Below are positions 1 through 11,929 of a stretch of 32,000 bases of DNA, piece by piece. A program made the translations under genes and the position numbers. The stretch is taken from the NCBI RefSeq assembly GCF_000008305.1, contig NC_006055.1:300001-332000 (forward strand), written 5' to 3'. Each line of letters opens with the position of its first letter. Within the stretch, counting starts at the first letter, position 1. The stretch is from Mesoplasma florum L1. Lineage in GTDB: Bacteria > Bacillota_I > Bacilli_A > Mycoplasmatales > Mycoplasmataceae. The notes under the pieces are model-generated. The model had not been told where the DNA came from. It saw only the letters and a program-made list of their open reading frames with translations, and did no database searches.

Positions 1-2
1 TA

Positions 3-1808
3 AGTGATAAAACAGCTACTGAAATTGAAATGTTAATAAATAATCAATGAGATATGACAAAATCAATTTCAGAAAATGGCTTTGTTTATTATGATGCTCA
101 AACAAAAACTTTAACAATTCCTATAATGCCAAACAATCAAGCAAAAAATAAATATCATTTATCAAATAACAAGGTTTTACAAAATGAAAGTGTATTTGGA
201 AATCAATTAAAATTTAAATCAAAAAATGATAGTCAATTTTTAAGCTTGCCAAAACAAGCTTGAGTATATAATGATTCAGATTTCTTGAATTCTGATTACT
301 TTAAAACTAATTTAAATCAAAAAGATAGTGACTCAAATATTAAAAGTAATAGAACTGGTGTAATAAGCGATCAAAACTATTTAGATCCTGCTAATCTTGA
401 TAACAATAAATTTACTTATAAAATTCAATATACTGGTGAAAATGAAAATACATCATTAGATAATAATGCTTATATGTTTAATGATTTTGCTGTTGATAAC
501 AATGAGAATGGTGTAAGTTATGTTAGGCCATACTATCAATATGAAAATATTGAGTTATTTATTCCAGAAAACTTAATTGGTTCAGTTGATGAATGAGCTA
601 ATACAACAAACAATACACCTGATAAATCAAAATACTTTGAATCAGATATTAGTGGTGAAAATATACCAAAAGATGTTAAACATGCTTGAGAAAGTATGTA
701 CTCATCAGCAAAAGACTCAAAATATATTAAAATCAAACCTTATTCTTTAAGTTATAAAAGAACAGATTATAAAAACAAAGGTTTAGCAAACTTGTTAGAA
801 AAAGAATCTAATTATGTTTGATATGCAAGTGCCATGAGAAATAATTTATTTAAGCAAGAAAATGATTCTGTTAAGTATTTAAATTCAAACTTAAATATAG
901 ATTACAAAGTTGTTGGAACATTAAATTCTTACAACACAAGTATGATCTTAATGGATCAAAAGATGGCTAATATTCTTTCAAATTATTCTCTAGCAAAAAA
1001 ACAAGATGTTAAAAATAATGTTTTTGAAGATACTCCAAAAGTTAAAGCAGGACAAACTATAACAGATAATAATGGAAATAAAATTGTCAGTGAATTTGAT
1101 AGATATGAATTACATGATGATAACAAAGATATTTATTTAAATGATTGAACTAATATGTTATCTGAAGGTGCAGACTCAACACAATATACTCAATACATGT
1201 GAAGTAATACAAAATATTCAAATGTTGAAGAATCGATTGATTTAACAACTGGTATATGACAAAGTATTTCAGAAAACAATGGATTATTAATGTTAAGTCA
1301 AACACCAATTGGAAATATATCTGATGGATTTGTAACAAGCAGTATTATAAGTTCTAAACTTCTTTCAACTGAAAAAGAATTAATTAAACAAATAACAAGT
1401 CTAGCTATTGTTTTAGGTTCATTCTTTATTATAATTGTAATTATCACGGCATCGTTATTAATAATGTTAATCGGAGATATCTACATTGCTTCGCTACAAA
1501 GGTTTATGATATTAATGAAGTCATTCGGATATTCAAACTGAAAAACCCAGAAATATTCATTTGGTGTAGTTAGTGTATTAGCAATATTTGCATGATTTAT
1601 ATCAACATTATTAGCAACTGCAGCAATGTCTTCAGTTTCAATAATTCTAGCTTCATACGGACTTGCAATACCAATGGCACTAACTTGATGACCATTTATT
1701 GTTTCTGCAGTTATTATCGGATTATCTTTCTTTGGAAGTCTATCTGTTATAACTAGAAAAATAAGAAAAGGTGACCCTGCAGGATTATTAAGTGAAACTC
1801 ATGAATAA
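3..1808 (+). CDS. ABC transporter permease, FtsX-like; 3' part only, gene begins before the window
   Basis: Open frame with TGA=Trp from the window edge to TAA 1806-1808, joining track ORFs 54, 285, 834 and 1290. Long extracytoplasmic region followed by C-terminal TM segments (SLAIVLGSFFIIIVIITASLLIMLIGDIYIASLQRFMILMKSFGYS...) typical of FtsX permeases. Confidence 0.75.
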
Positions 1809-1818
1809 AGGAGAAATT

Positions 1819-2364
1819 ATGAAAAAAGTAGCAATAATTTTACATAAAAATTTTGAAGAATCAGAAGCTATTGTAACAATTGATATACTAAGAAGATCTG
1901 AAATTATTGTAGATATATACAATATTGAAAATAAAGATTTTCAAGTAGGTTCTCATAATATAATTGTAAAAACAGAATATAATATTCAATCGCTGAATTC
2001 ACAAAATTATGATGGAATAGTTATACCTGGAGGACCAGGAGTAAATGAATTATTTGATAATGAAATTTTATTAAATTTAATAAAAGATTTTAATGATAAA
2101 AATAAAATGGTTAGTGCTATTTGCGCTGCACCACAAATTTTAGGTCTAGCTGGAATTATCGATGATATTAAAATAGTAAAATTCCCTACTTCTAATAAAT
2201 ACTTAGAAAAAGCTTTAGTTCAAGAAAAAGATAGTATTATAGACAAAAATATTGTTACTGGTTCAAGCATCGGAACAGTAGTTCCATTTGCCTTAAATAT
2301 AATAGAATATCTACAAGGAAAAGAACAAAAAGAAAAAATTAGACAACAACTTGTAATTATTTAA
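1819..2364 (+). CDS. DJ-1/PfpI family protein
   Basis: MKKVAIILHKNFEESEAIVTIDILRR...YDGIVIPGGPGVNEL...MVSAICAAPQILGLAGII; conserved Cys nucleophile elbow (AICAAP) and conserved Glu. Start placed at ATG 1819 behind AAAGGAG rather than at 1792. Confidence 0.88.
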   Translation: MKKVAIILHKNFEESEAIVTIDILRRSEIIVDIYNIENKDFQVGSHNIIVKTEYNIQSLNSQNYDGIVIPGGPGVNELFDNEILLNLIKDFNDKNKMVSAICAAPQILGLAGIIDDIKIVKFPTSNKYLEKALVQEKDSIIDKNIVTGSSIGTVVPFALNIIEYLQGKEQKEKIRQQLVII

Positions 2365-2365
2365 C

Positions 2366-2403
2366 AAAATCACCTTACTAATACAGTGAGGTGATTTTTT
2401 TGA
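2366..2403 (+). terminator. Rho-independent-type hairpin downstream of the DJ-1/PfpI gene, overlapping the start region of the next gene
   Basis: Stem of ~14 bp: AAAATCACCTTACT (2366-2379) / AGTGAGGTGATTTT (2385-2398), with one G-U pair, loop AATAC, followed by a T run. Confidence 0.75.
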
Positions 2404-4217
2404 AGTTAGTAAAACAAACCTCGTATCAAGATTGTGGTGTTGCATGCATAGCAATGATGATTAATCATTTTTATAAGTATGAAATAGATTTGCAACAAGT
2501 TAAAAATTATCTATCAATCCATGATGATGAACTTAGTTTTTATGACGTGATTGATTTAGCTAGTAATTTTTATTTAAAAGGTGATGCTTTTAAAGTTGAG
2601 CAAGATTTTTTAGAATTAAAAAATAAAGTACCATTTTTAGCACAAGTGATAAATTCTGATGGATTATTACATTTTGTTATAGTAGAAAGTATTTTACAAA
2701 ATAATTTAATTGTTTTTGATCCAAGCAAAGAAAAAAAGATTAAGCAAAATATCTCTGAATTTTTGAAATGTTTTAATAGTAACGTAATAATTTTTAAATC
2801 TAACATCAAATCATTTAATAAAGACTTTAAATTTAATTTTAAAAAGTTTTTAAATATTTTTAATTTTGATTTTATTTTATACTTATTAATAAATTTAGTA
2901 TCAACACTATTGTTCATTTTAGATACACAATTTCTTAAGATGTTTTCTAATTCATTATCTGAACAGACTCAAGATTTTTTAATATATTTATTTCCATTAA
3001 TCATTTTATTGTTTAATATGCTTTTCAAAAATATATCGATTAATATTCTTAATAAGAATTATAAAAAAAGAAAACATTTTTTATTAAAAAAATTCTTAAA
3101 CTTAATTGAATCTACAAATTCAGAAGATTTATTTTATTTATATCAAGAAATAAAATGAGTATGTCAATATGAAAACTACAGTTTGAAAAGCAGCATTTCA
3201 TCGTTTATTTCTGAAGTAGTAAGTTTATTCTTTATTTATTTTATTATTAAAGAATTATTTTTAATAATACTTATAGCTGATGTTATTTATATATTGATTA
3301 ATACTTTTATAAATAATTTTGTTAAAAAAGATAGTTTTAATCAAGATAAAGAATGATTTACATTTTTAAGTAATATTGAACATGTAAAAAATATTTGTGC
3401 TGAATATGATATGTTAACAGAACTTTTAAAATTAGAAGAAAAAGATAAGTTGGCAAGTTCAACGTTAAATTGAATTGAACTTTGAGATAAAGTTGGCTTA
3501 ATATTAATTTATATAGTTAGTTGATCATTATTAAAAAATGGTAATTTAGAATTTTCACTTTTCTTTATAATTTTATTGTTTAAAAATTTTAGTAGAATTA
3601 ATATTTTTAATTTAGGTCAAACTTTAATATGAATAAAAAAGTATAAGATATCAATTATAAAATTTGAAAAAATTTTTATTGAAAAAAATGAAGTTAATTT
3701 TAATGAAGAAATAAGCAATATTCTAATTTCAAATAAACAACAAAAATTAGAATTAAATAAAGGGTTAAACATAATAAATTTTAAAATTGATTTAGGTAAT
3801 GTAAATAAAACTAAAAATGATATAGAAGTTGATGTCTACATAAATAACAAGAACATTAGCATTTTAAAAACATCTGATTTACGTAAACAAATTTATTATT
3901 CAAAAAATTTTCAAATCAAATTTGGAACTATTTTTCAAAACATAACATCATCAAACATAAATAGTATAAATATTTTTAATATTAAGGAAATTAATGAACT
4001 TTTAAATAAATACTCAATCAAAATAACAAAACTAGTAAAACCAGAAACTAATAGTCAAATTGAAAAAGAGATAATTAAGCTATTGAATGTGTTTTACATT
4101 AACAAAAAAGTAATATTAATTAAAAATGATTTTCAAATATTAACTTTTGATGAAATAAAGTCAATTTTAACTATCTTTACTGAATTAAGTGATGATAAAT
4201 TTTTGATTTTGTCTTAA
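2400..4217 (+). CDS. ABC-transporter-like protein with N-terminal C39 peptidase domain, TM domain, and degenerate nucleotide-binding domain (605 aa)
   Basis: Continuous frame with TGA=Trp to TAA 4215-4217; TTG start at 2400 preceded by AGGTGAT. N-terminus KLVKQTSYQDCGVACIAMMINHFY plus LLHFVIVESILQNNLIVFDPSK matches C39 catalytic Q/C/H/D. Several hydrophobic TM stretches follow. C-terminal region aligns with an ABC NBD but lacks its catalytic motifs. Confidence 0.8.
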
Positions 4218-4248
4218 AATTAATATATTAAAGTAAAAAGGGATAAGA

Positions 4249-4758
4249 ATGATAAGTATTGATTTTATAAATGAAACTGATTTAAAAGTAAAAGAATGAG
4301 AAGATTTAGCAAAACAAATAATTAATTCAGGTTTTAAATATCTGAAATTAAAAAATAAAATAAATCTATCTATTACTTTTTTAGATAGTGAACCAGCTCA
4401 AAAAATAAATCAAGAATATAGAAATCATTCTTATATACCTGATGTAACATCATTTCCAATAGAAATGTCTCCACAAGAAATAAAAGCTTTAGGATATCAA
4501 GAAATAGGAGATATCTTTATCTGTATTGAAGAAGCAGAAAGAAAAAGCATTAAATATGATCATTCTTTGAAAGAAGAAATGGGATTTTTATTTACACATG
4601 GTTTTTTACACTTAATGGGTTATGATCATGAAACAAATGAAAAAGATGAAGAAGAAATGTTTTTCATTCAAGATGAAATACTTAAAATAAATAAAATAAA
4701 TTACACAATAAAATTCACAGAAGAAGATTATAAAGAAATAGAGGAAAAAGATGAATAA
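4249..4758 (+). CDS. ybeY: Endoribonuclease YbeY (rRNA maturation factor)
   Basis: HGFLHLMGYDHE metal-binding motif (H-x3-H-x5-H); position upstream of era. Confidence 0.92.
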
Positions 4759-5656
4759 AATTAAATCGGGATTTATATCTATAGTTGGTAGACCAAACGT
4801 TGGTAAATCAACTTTATTAAATAAAATAATAGGGCATAAAATTTCAATTGTTACAAATAAAGCTCAAACAACAAGAAATAATATAAGAGGTATTTTGACA
4901 GAAAAAGAATATCAATTGATATTTGTAGATACACCAGGAATACACACTTCAAAAAATCAAATTGATAGATTTATGAATTCTAGTGCTATGAGAAGTATGA
5001 AAGAAGTTGATGTTGTTGTATTTATGGCACCAGCTGATGAAACAATAGGAAAAAATGATTTATTTATATTAAATGAATTATCAAAAAAGAATGACATTAA
5101 AAAGATACTTGTAATTTCAAAAGCTGACGTTGTTAGCAAAGAAAAATTATTTTTAAAAGCTACTGAATGAAATACATATGAACAAATTTTTGATGAAATT
5201 ATTATTACTTCGTCAACTGAAAATATTAATATTGATAAATTAATAGAAACAATTGTTGGTTTCTTGCCTGAAACAGGTCATTACTTTTATGATGAAGAAT
5301 CTATTACAGATCAACCTAATCGTTTTGCAATAAGAGAAATAATAAGAGAAAGCGTACTTTTAAAAGCTGGACAAGAAGTTCCTCATTCAGTTGCTATACT
5401 TGTAGATGAACTTGAAGAAACAGAAGATGAAATTAATATTGTTGCATCTATTATAGTTGAAAGAAAATCTCAAAAAGGAATTATTATCGGTCATCAAGGT
5501 AAAAAAATAAGCGATATTAAATATAAATCAAGAAAACAAATAAGAGAACTTTTTGAAAAAGATGTTAATCTAGAATTATTTGTAAAAGTCCAAGAGAATT
5601 GAAGAAACTCTGCAAGTTTAATTAAAAAGATGGGATACGACAAGGATAAATACTAA
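4751..5656 (+). CDS. era: GTPase Era
   Basis: GRPNVGKST, DTPGIH, then KH domain with GIIIGHQGKKI. TGA=Trp joins track ORFs 4751 and 5264. Overlaps ybeY by 8 bp. Confidence 0.95.
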
Positions 5657-6459
5657 TGAGTGAAGTAAAAATCAGAGGAATAGTTTTAGATTCTTTAAAT
5701 TATGAAGAAAATGACAAAATTATTACAGTTTATTCTGATGAATTTGGGAAACTAAGTTTTATTGCTCTAGGTGCTAATAAAGCATCAAGCAAAAATAATT
5801 ACTCACTTAATGTATTTTCTGAATCTGATTTTGAAATATTTAAATCAAGAAAAACACAATCAATTTCAAAATTAAAAACTGGAATATTAGTAAGAAATAA
5901 TTTTAAAATTGCAAAATCATATAATAATTATTTATTTGCAAGCATTATAAGTTCAGTTATTTTACAAGAAGAACTTTTTTATAACAAAGATTTTAAATTA
6001 TTTGATATGTTAAGAGAAGCTATAAGAAATATTAATGATGAGGTAAACCCTTTTTCAAATATGGTTTGATTTCTTTTTTACTCATTAAAAAATTTTGGTG
6101 GATACTGAGAATTAAATAAATGTTATCGTTGTAACAAAGCAAGTAAGATTTATAGAAAATTTGATCTTCAACATTATGGTTTAGTTTGTCCTAATTGTAT
6201 TAATGAAAATGAAGAAGAACATGATTATGAATTTATTAAATATTTACAAAGAATGGATAATAACACTTTTTTCACTATTCAAAAATTTCCTATAAACGTT
6301 TCTTTTGAAATAATAATTTCTAAATTACTTTTTAGCTATTATCTTAACGAAATAGGAATATATTCATACCCGATGAATGAAATTTTAAAGAAAGAAGTTT
6401 ACAAAGATGACACCTTTTGAGAGTACACTCATAAAGTGTTGACAAAAAATAGTATTTAA
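5656..6459 (+). CDS. recO: DNA repair protein RecO
   Basis: N-terminal OB-like region VRGIVLDSLNYEENDKIITVYSDEFGKLSFIALGANKASSKN; zinc-finger-like CYRCNKASKIYRKFDLQHYGLVCPNC. Start overlaps the era stop (TAATG). Confidence 0.85.
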
Positions 6460-6492
6460 AGGTAAAATCATTTATAATTGAAATAGTTTTAT

Positions 6493-6515
6493 GTCAGCCA
6501 AATGCTGACTTTTGT
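6493..6515 (+). terminator. Intrinsic terminator downstream of recO
   Basis: GTCAGC CAAAT GCTGAC followed by TTTTGTTATTTT. Confidence 0.7.
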
Positions 6516-6550
6516 TATTTTATATACAAGACTATTAAGGAGAAAAAAAT

Positions 6551-7906
6551 ATGGAAAAATTAATTGCCCATTTAAAATCTCAAGGTTTTATTTTTCAAGG
6601 TTCAGAAATTTATGGTGGACTAGCTAATTCTTGAGATTATGGACCATTGGGTGTAGAAGTTAAAAATAAATTAAAGCAAGCTTGATGAAATCATTTTGTT
6701 AGAAAAAACCCTTACAATATTGGTTTAGATAGTTCAATCATTTTGAACTCAAGTGTTTGAAAAGCTAGTGGTCATATAGATGGATTTAACGATCCATTAA
6801 TTGATTGCAAAAAATGTAACAGTAGATGAAGAGCAGATAAATTAATTGAAGAATTTAATTCTGAAATTAATGCTGGAGTTATGACAGAAAATCAAATGGA
6901 AGAGTTTATTAGAGAACAAAACATAAAGTGTCCAAAATGTCAGGCATGTGATTTTACACAAATAAGAAAATTTGCACTAATGTTTAAAACTAATCAAGGA
7001 GTTCTTGAAGATGAATCTTCTTCTGTATATTTAAGACCTGAAACAGCGCAAGGTATTTTTATAAACTTTAAAAATGCTCAAAGATCATTGAGAAAAAAAT
7101 TACCTTTTGGTATTGGTCAAATTGGTAAATCTTTCAGAAATGAAATTACACCAGGTAACTTTATTTTTAGAACACGTGAATTTGAACAAATGGAATTAGA
7201 ATTCTTTTTTAATCCATCTGATGAAAAAGATTGATTCTCATACTGATTAAATGAAGTTGAAACATTCTTACAAGATAAAATTCAAATTAATAAAGAAAAT
7301 TACAGAGTTAGAAGTCATGAAAAAGATGAATTAGCACATTACTCAACAGCAACTAGTGATATTGAATTTAAATTCCCATTTGGTTGAGGAGAGTTATGAG
7401 GAGTTGCACATAGAGGTAATTTTGACTTAAATGCTCATCAAGAAGCATCTAAGCAAGATTTAACTTATTTAGATCCAACTACTAATCAAAAAGTTTTACC
7501 ACATGTAATTGAACCAAGTGTTGGTGTTGAAAGAATGATGTTAGCTATTTTATGACAAGCATATCATGAAGAAGATTTAGGTGAAGGGAATTCACGTATA
7601 GTTATGAAATTACCATATAACCTAGCTCCGTATCAAATTGCTGTTATGCCTTTACAAAAACAACAAAATGATCAAGCACAAGCTCTATATTCAAATCTTT
7701 TAAATAATTTTGATGTTACTTATGATGAAACAGGAAATGTTGGTAAAAGATATAGAAGACAAGATGCAATTGGAACACCATTTGTGATAACAGTTGACTT
7801 TGACACACCAGAAACAAATTCAGTTACAGTAAGAGAAAGAGACTCAATGGAACAAGTACGTATTAATTTAGATGAACTTGAAGCATATTTAAAAGCAAAA
7901 TTTTAA
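6551..7906 (+). CDS. glyS: Glycyl-tRNA synthetase (single-chain, eukaryote-like/archaeal type)
   Basis: Start [50 protein letters not shown]; [24 protein letters not shown]; [30 protein letters not shown]. Confidence 0.95.
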
Positions 7907-7934
7907 TTTTTAATTTTGAAAGGAAGTGATACTC

Positions 7935-9806
7935 ATGTTAATACCAAAAGAAGTTATTGATGATATTATTGAAAAATCAGACATAGTTTCAATTGTAAGC
8001 GAAAGAGTAGCGCTTTCAAAAAAAGGTAGAAACTTTTGAGGGTTATGTCCATTTCATCAAGACCAAAATGCTTCAATGTCTGTTTCACCAGAAAAAAAAT
8101 TTTTCAAATGTTTTTCTTGTCAAGTTTCTGGTACAGTTTTAGACTTTGTTAAAGACTTTGATAATATAAGTTTTCAAGAAGCTATAAAAAAATTAGCAGT
8201 TATATTAAACTATGATTTGTCTAAGTTTGAAAATGAAAATCCAGTTAAACAAAATAAAAATACAATTATTTATAAACTTAATGAAGAATCTTTAGCATTT
8301 TTTAAATTAAACTTAAGATCTAATGAAGCAAAGCATGCTGTCAAATACCTTCATTCAAGAGACATAACAAATGAAGATATTGCATTTTTTGAAATAGGAT
8401 TCTTACCAAAGAATAATAGTTTAGTTGAACACTTAATAAGCAAAGGATACAACATATCAGATATTGTTGAAGCTGGATTGGGGACTTATAACGAAGAACG
8501 CCAAAAAATGTATGATATTTTTACTGATAGAATAATGTTTCCAATAAGAAATGAAAATAAAGAATTAATTGGTTTTAGTGGAAGAATTATTGAAACAAAT
8601 TCTGAAAAACCAAAATATTTAAATACAAAAGAAACACCAGTATTTTCAAAAAGAAAAATAGCTTACAACTTTAGTGAGGCTATTAAATCAGCGCGAGTTA
8701 AAAAAGAATTAATTGTTTTAGAAGGATACATGGATGTTATCAGTTTGCATAAAAATGGAATAGATAATACAATCGCTTTAATGGGAACCGCTCTTTCACA
8801 ATATCATGTTAGTATTTTCAAAAATATTAAAGGAACTATAAAAATGTTCTTGGATGGTGATGAGCCTGGTATAAAGGGTAATATAGAGGCTTCCCAAACA
8901 TTAATTTTAAATAATCAAAAGGTACTGGTAGTTAATAACCCTACAAATAACGATCCAGATGAATTAATAAAACAAGGTAAAAAAGCTGAAATTGAAAAAA
9001 TGATTTCTGAAGCTTTAAATCCTTTGGAATACATTATTTCAAAACGTTGACCAAAAGTTAATTCAAAAGATTTTAATTCTGTTGAAGAATTCATGAAAGA
9101 AATATGTTCATTTGTATTAAAGTGTAACAACAATATACTTTATGAAACTTCAATTGATGAACTTGAAAAAATAACAGGTCTTTCAAAAGAAGCAATTATT
9201 AATTTTTATAAAAAAATATTAAATAAACAAATCAATAGTATTTCTAATAATAAGGTTGAAGAAGTTAAAACAAGTTCTGAAAAACAAGCAGTTAATAATA
9301 AAAATACGAGTTTTAATATTTTGTCTTCTTTGAAAGCTTATGAATTGGCAGAAAAAACTATTTTATTTGATTTAATAAAATCTAATAAAAACTTAGAATT
9401 GATAAAAGATAAAATTAGAGAAGTAAAATTCCCACATAAAGAATTTGGAAGATTAATTTTAAAAATAATTAATTCTTATGAAGAGAACATGAATTACAAT
9501 GAGACTGAAATAAAAGAAATAATTAATCAAAACTTTTCTCAAGAAACACTTGAAGAAATAAACTTGTATGAATCTGATCCTTTAATGGTAAGAATAAAAC
9601 CTGAAGCAAATACAGCTAAGTTAATTGAAAATTCATTTGAAAAATTAAAAATGTATTCTAATGAGAAAAAAATAGCAGAAATTAATGAAATGTTAAATTC
9701 AAATAATTTGAGTAAAAACGATCGAGATAATTTAATGGACATTTTATCTGAAAGAATTAAAAAAAGAGAAGAATGACTAGGAAATTTTAACGATAAGAAC
9801 AACTAA
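7935..9806 (+). CDS. dnaG: DNA primase
   Basis: N-terminal zinc finger [25 protein letters not shown]; TOPRIM region [29 protein letters not shown]...MFLDGDEPG. Joins track ORFs 8076 and 9093 via TGA=Trp. Confidence 0.95.
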
Positions 9807-9822
9807 TGAAAGAGGTAACTAT

Positions 9823-11238
9823 ATGAAAAAATATATGGATAAAAAAGAAATAGCAAAAATTAAAACAATTGAAGATTTTTATGAAGCAACAGTAGAATTT
9901 GCAAAACAAAATAATAATGAAATAACATCTGAAGAAGTTCAAATGAGTTTTAGTAAAATATTTGCAAATGCAACTGATAATGAATATGAAAAATTATTAG
10001 AAGATTTACAAGCAAAAGGAATTCAATTCACAGATTTAGAAGATATTGACATTGATGAAGAAATAGATCTTGATGAAGAAGTTGATGAAGATGCTGAAAT
10101 AAGTGATGATGATGCTTATGCTGATGAATTAATTGGAGAAAGAAAAGGTCCAGGTAGAAGACCAAAAGATGCTGGTACAACTAAATATAGAGTTGGATCA
10201 ATTTCAAATGAAACTAAAATTCAAGATTTAATTAAAACATACTTTTCAACTATTGGACAAACTAAAATTTTAACTAAAGATCAAGAAATTGTTTACGCTA
10301 AATTAGCTAATTCAGAAGATCCAGAAGAAAGAAAAGAAGGAAGAGATATGTTAATCACTTCTAACTTAAAATTAGTTATTTCAGTTGCTAGAAAACACTT
10401 AAATAGAGGTTTAGATTTTGCAGATTTAATTGAAGAAGGAAATATTGGTTTAATTAAAGCTGTTGATAAATTTGATTATGAAAAAGGGTTTAAGTTTTCA
10501 ACATATGCAACATGATGAATTCGTCAAGCTATAACAAGAGCTATTGCTGATCAAGCTAGAACAATTAGAATACCAGTTCATATGGTTGAAACAATTAATA
10601 AACTTTCTAGAATTGAAAGACAATTAACTCAAGAACTAGGAAGAGAACCATCATCAAAAGAAGTTGCAGAAAGAATGGGTGGAGACATGACAGCTGAAAA
10701 AGTTGTTGAAATTAAAAAAATTGCTGTTGAACCTGTTAGTTTAGAAAAACCATTTGGTGATGAAGATGACACTCATTTTGGAGATTTCGTTGAAGATAAA
10801 GATATGATTTCTCCAACAGACTTTACTGAAAAAGAAATTTTAAGAGAAGTTATAGACAAAGTATTTGAAGATATGCCAGCAAGAGAAGAAAAAGTTATTC
10901 GTATGAGATACGGGATTGTTCCAACAAAAGTTAGAACATTGATTAGACTTGCTGAAGAATGTAATGATGAAACTGCTGGAGAATTAGCTAAAGCAATTAA
11001 TAAACTAGATATTCACTTAGAGACTCCTGTTGAAAAAATAAGAACAGTTGATAGTAAAATAATTCAAGACCATTTATTAAAATATGAAGCATCAAAAACT
11101 TTAGAAGAAGTTGGTAAAGAATTAAATGTTACAAGAGAAAGAATTAGACAAATTGAAGCTAAAACAATTAGAAAATTAAAACAACCTGCAAATGCTAATA
11201 AATCAGGTAAAGTTTTAAAAGAATTTTACAAAGGTTAA
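9823..11238 (+). CDS. rpoD: RNA polymerase primary sigma factor
   Basis: [80 protein letters not shown]; C-term [30 protein letters not shown]. Acidic N-terminus and unusual insertion in region 4. Confidence 0.96.
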
Positions 11239-11239
11239 T

Positions 11240-11929
11240 ATGCTGACAAAAAGACTAAGAACTATTGCTGAATTAATTGATTCTTGCAATGTTGTCGCAG
11301 ATATTGGTACAGATCATGCATATTTACCAATAACTTTAGTAAAAGAAAAAAGAACTAAGTTTGCTTATGCTGTTGATGTTAATGATGAACCTTTAGGTTG
11401 AGCTAAAAAGAACATCAACATGTATAACTGCGATAATCAAATTCAAACTATCTTAAGTGATGGTTTGGATTTTGTTTTAGAAGAACAAATTCAATTTATT
11501 GATGTTGTTACAATTTGTGGTTTAGGTAGTACAACCATTCTTGATATTGTAAAAAAAGATAATAATAAAATAGGTAAGTACATTATTTGTTCTAATACAG
11601 AAGTTAGCAATATAAGAGAATGAGTTTTTGAAAAAGAATATTCAATAAGCTTTGAAAATTTTATAATTGATAGCAAAAAAGGCTATTGAGTAATTGTTAT
11701 TGAAAAAAACAAAACTAATTTAATTGCGAAAAACGATATTTCTTTTGGAAATAAAAAATACTTTACAAATAATGATGAAGTTATAAAATACTATGATAAT
11801 GAAATTAAAAAGTTTGAAAAAATATTAAGTAAAATTGATGTTGAAAAACACTATAATTCTCATGAAGAAATTACAAATAAGATTATAGAAATTAGAGGAT
11901 ACTTAAATGAAATTAATAAAATTGATTAA
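11240..11929 (+). CDS. trmK: tRNA (adenine22-N1)-methyltransferase-like protein (TrmK family)
   Basis: MLTKRLRTIAELIDSCNVVADIGTDHAYLPITLVKEKRTKFAYAVDVNDEPLG; motif I (DIGTDH) and position downstream of rpoD as in Firmicutes. Confidence 0.85.

Noticed and set aside
536-736. Minus-strand ORF 536..736 from the track
   Set aside because: Lies wholly antisense to the continuous + strand permease frame; composition-driven artefact.
2570-2917. Minus-strand ORF (115 aa) inside the C39 gene
   Set aside because: Low-complexity antisense translation with no RBS or recognisable domain; the + strand codes for conserved C39 residues.
6460-6550. T-box riboswitch upstream of glyS
   Set aside because: The gap is only about 90 nt and contains just one terminator-like hairpin; no stem I or T-box sequence recognised.
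9539-9802. Minus-strand ORF at the 3' end of dnaG
   Set aside because: Antisense reading of dnaG; no start context or homology.
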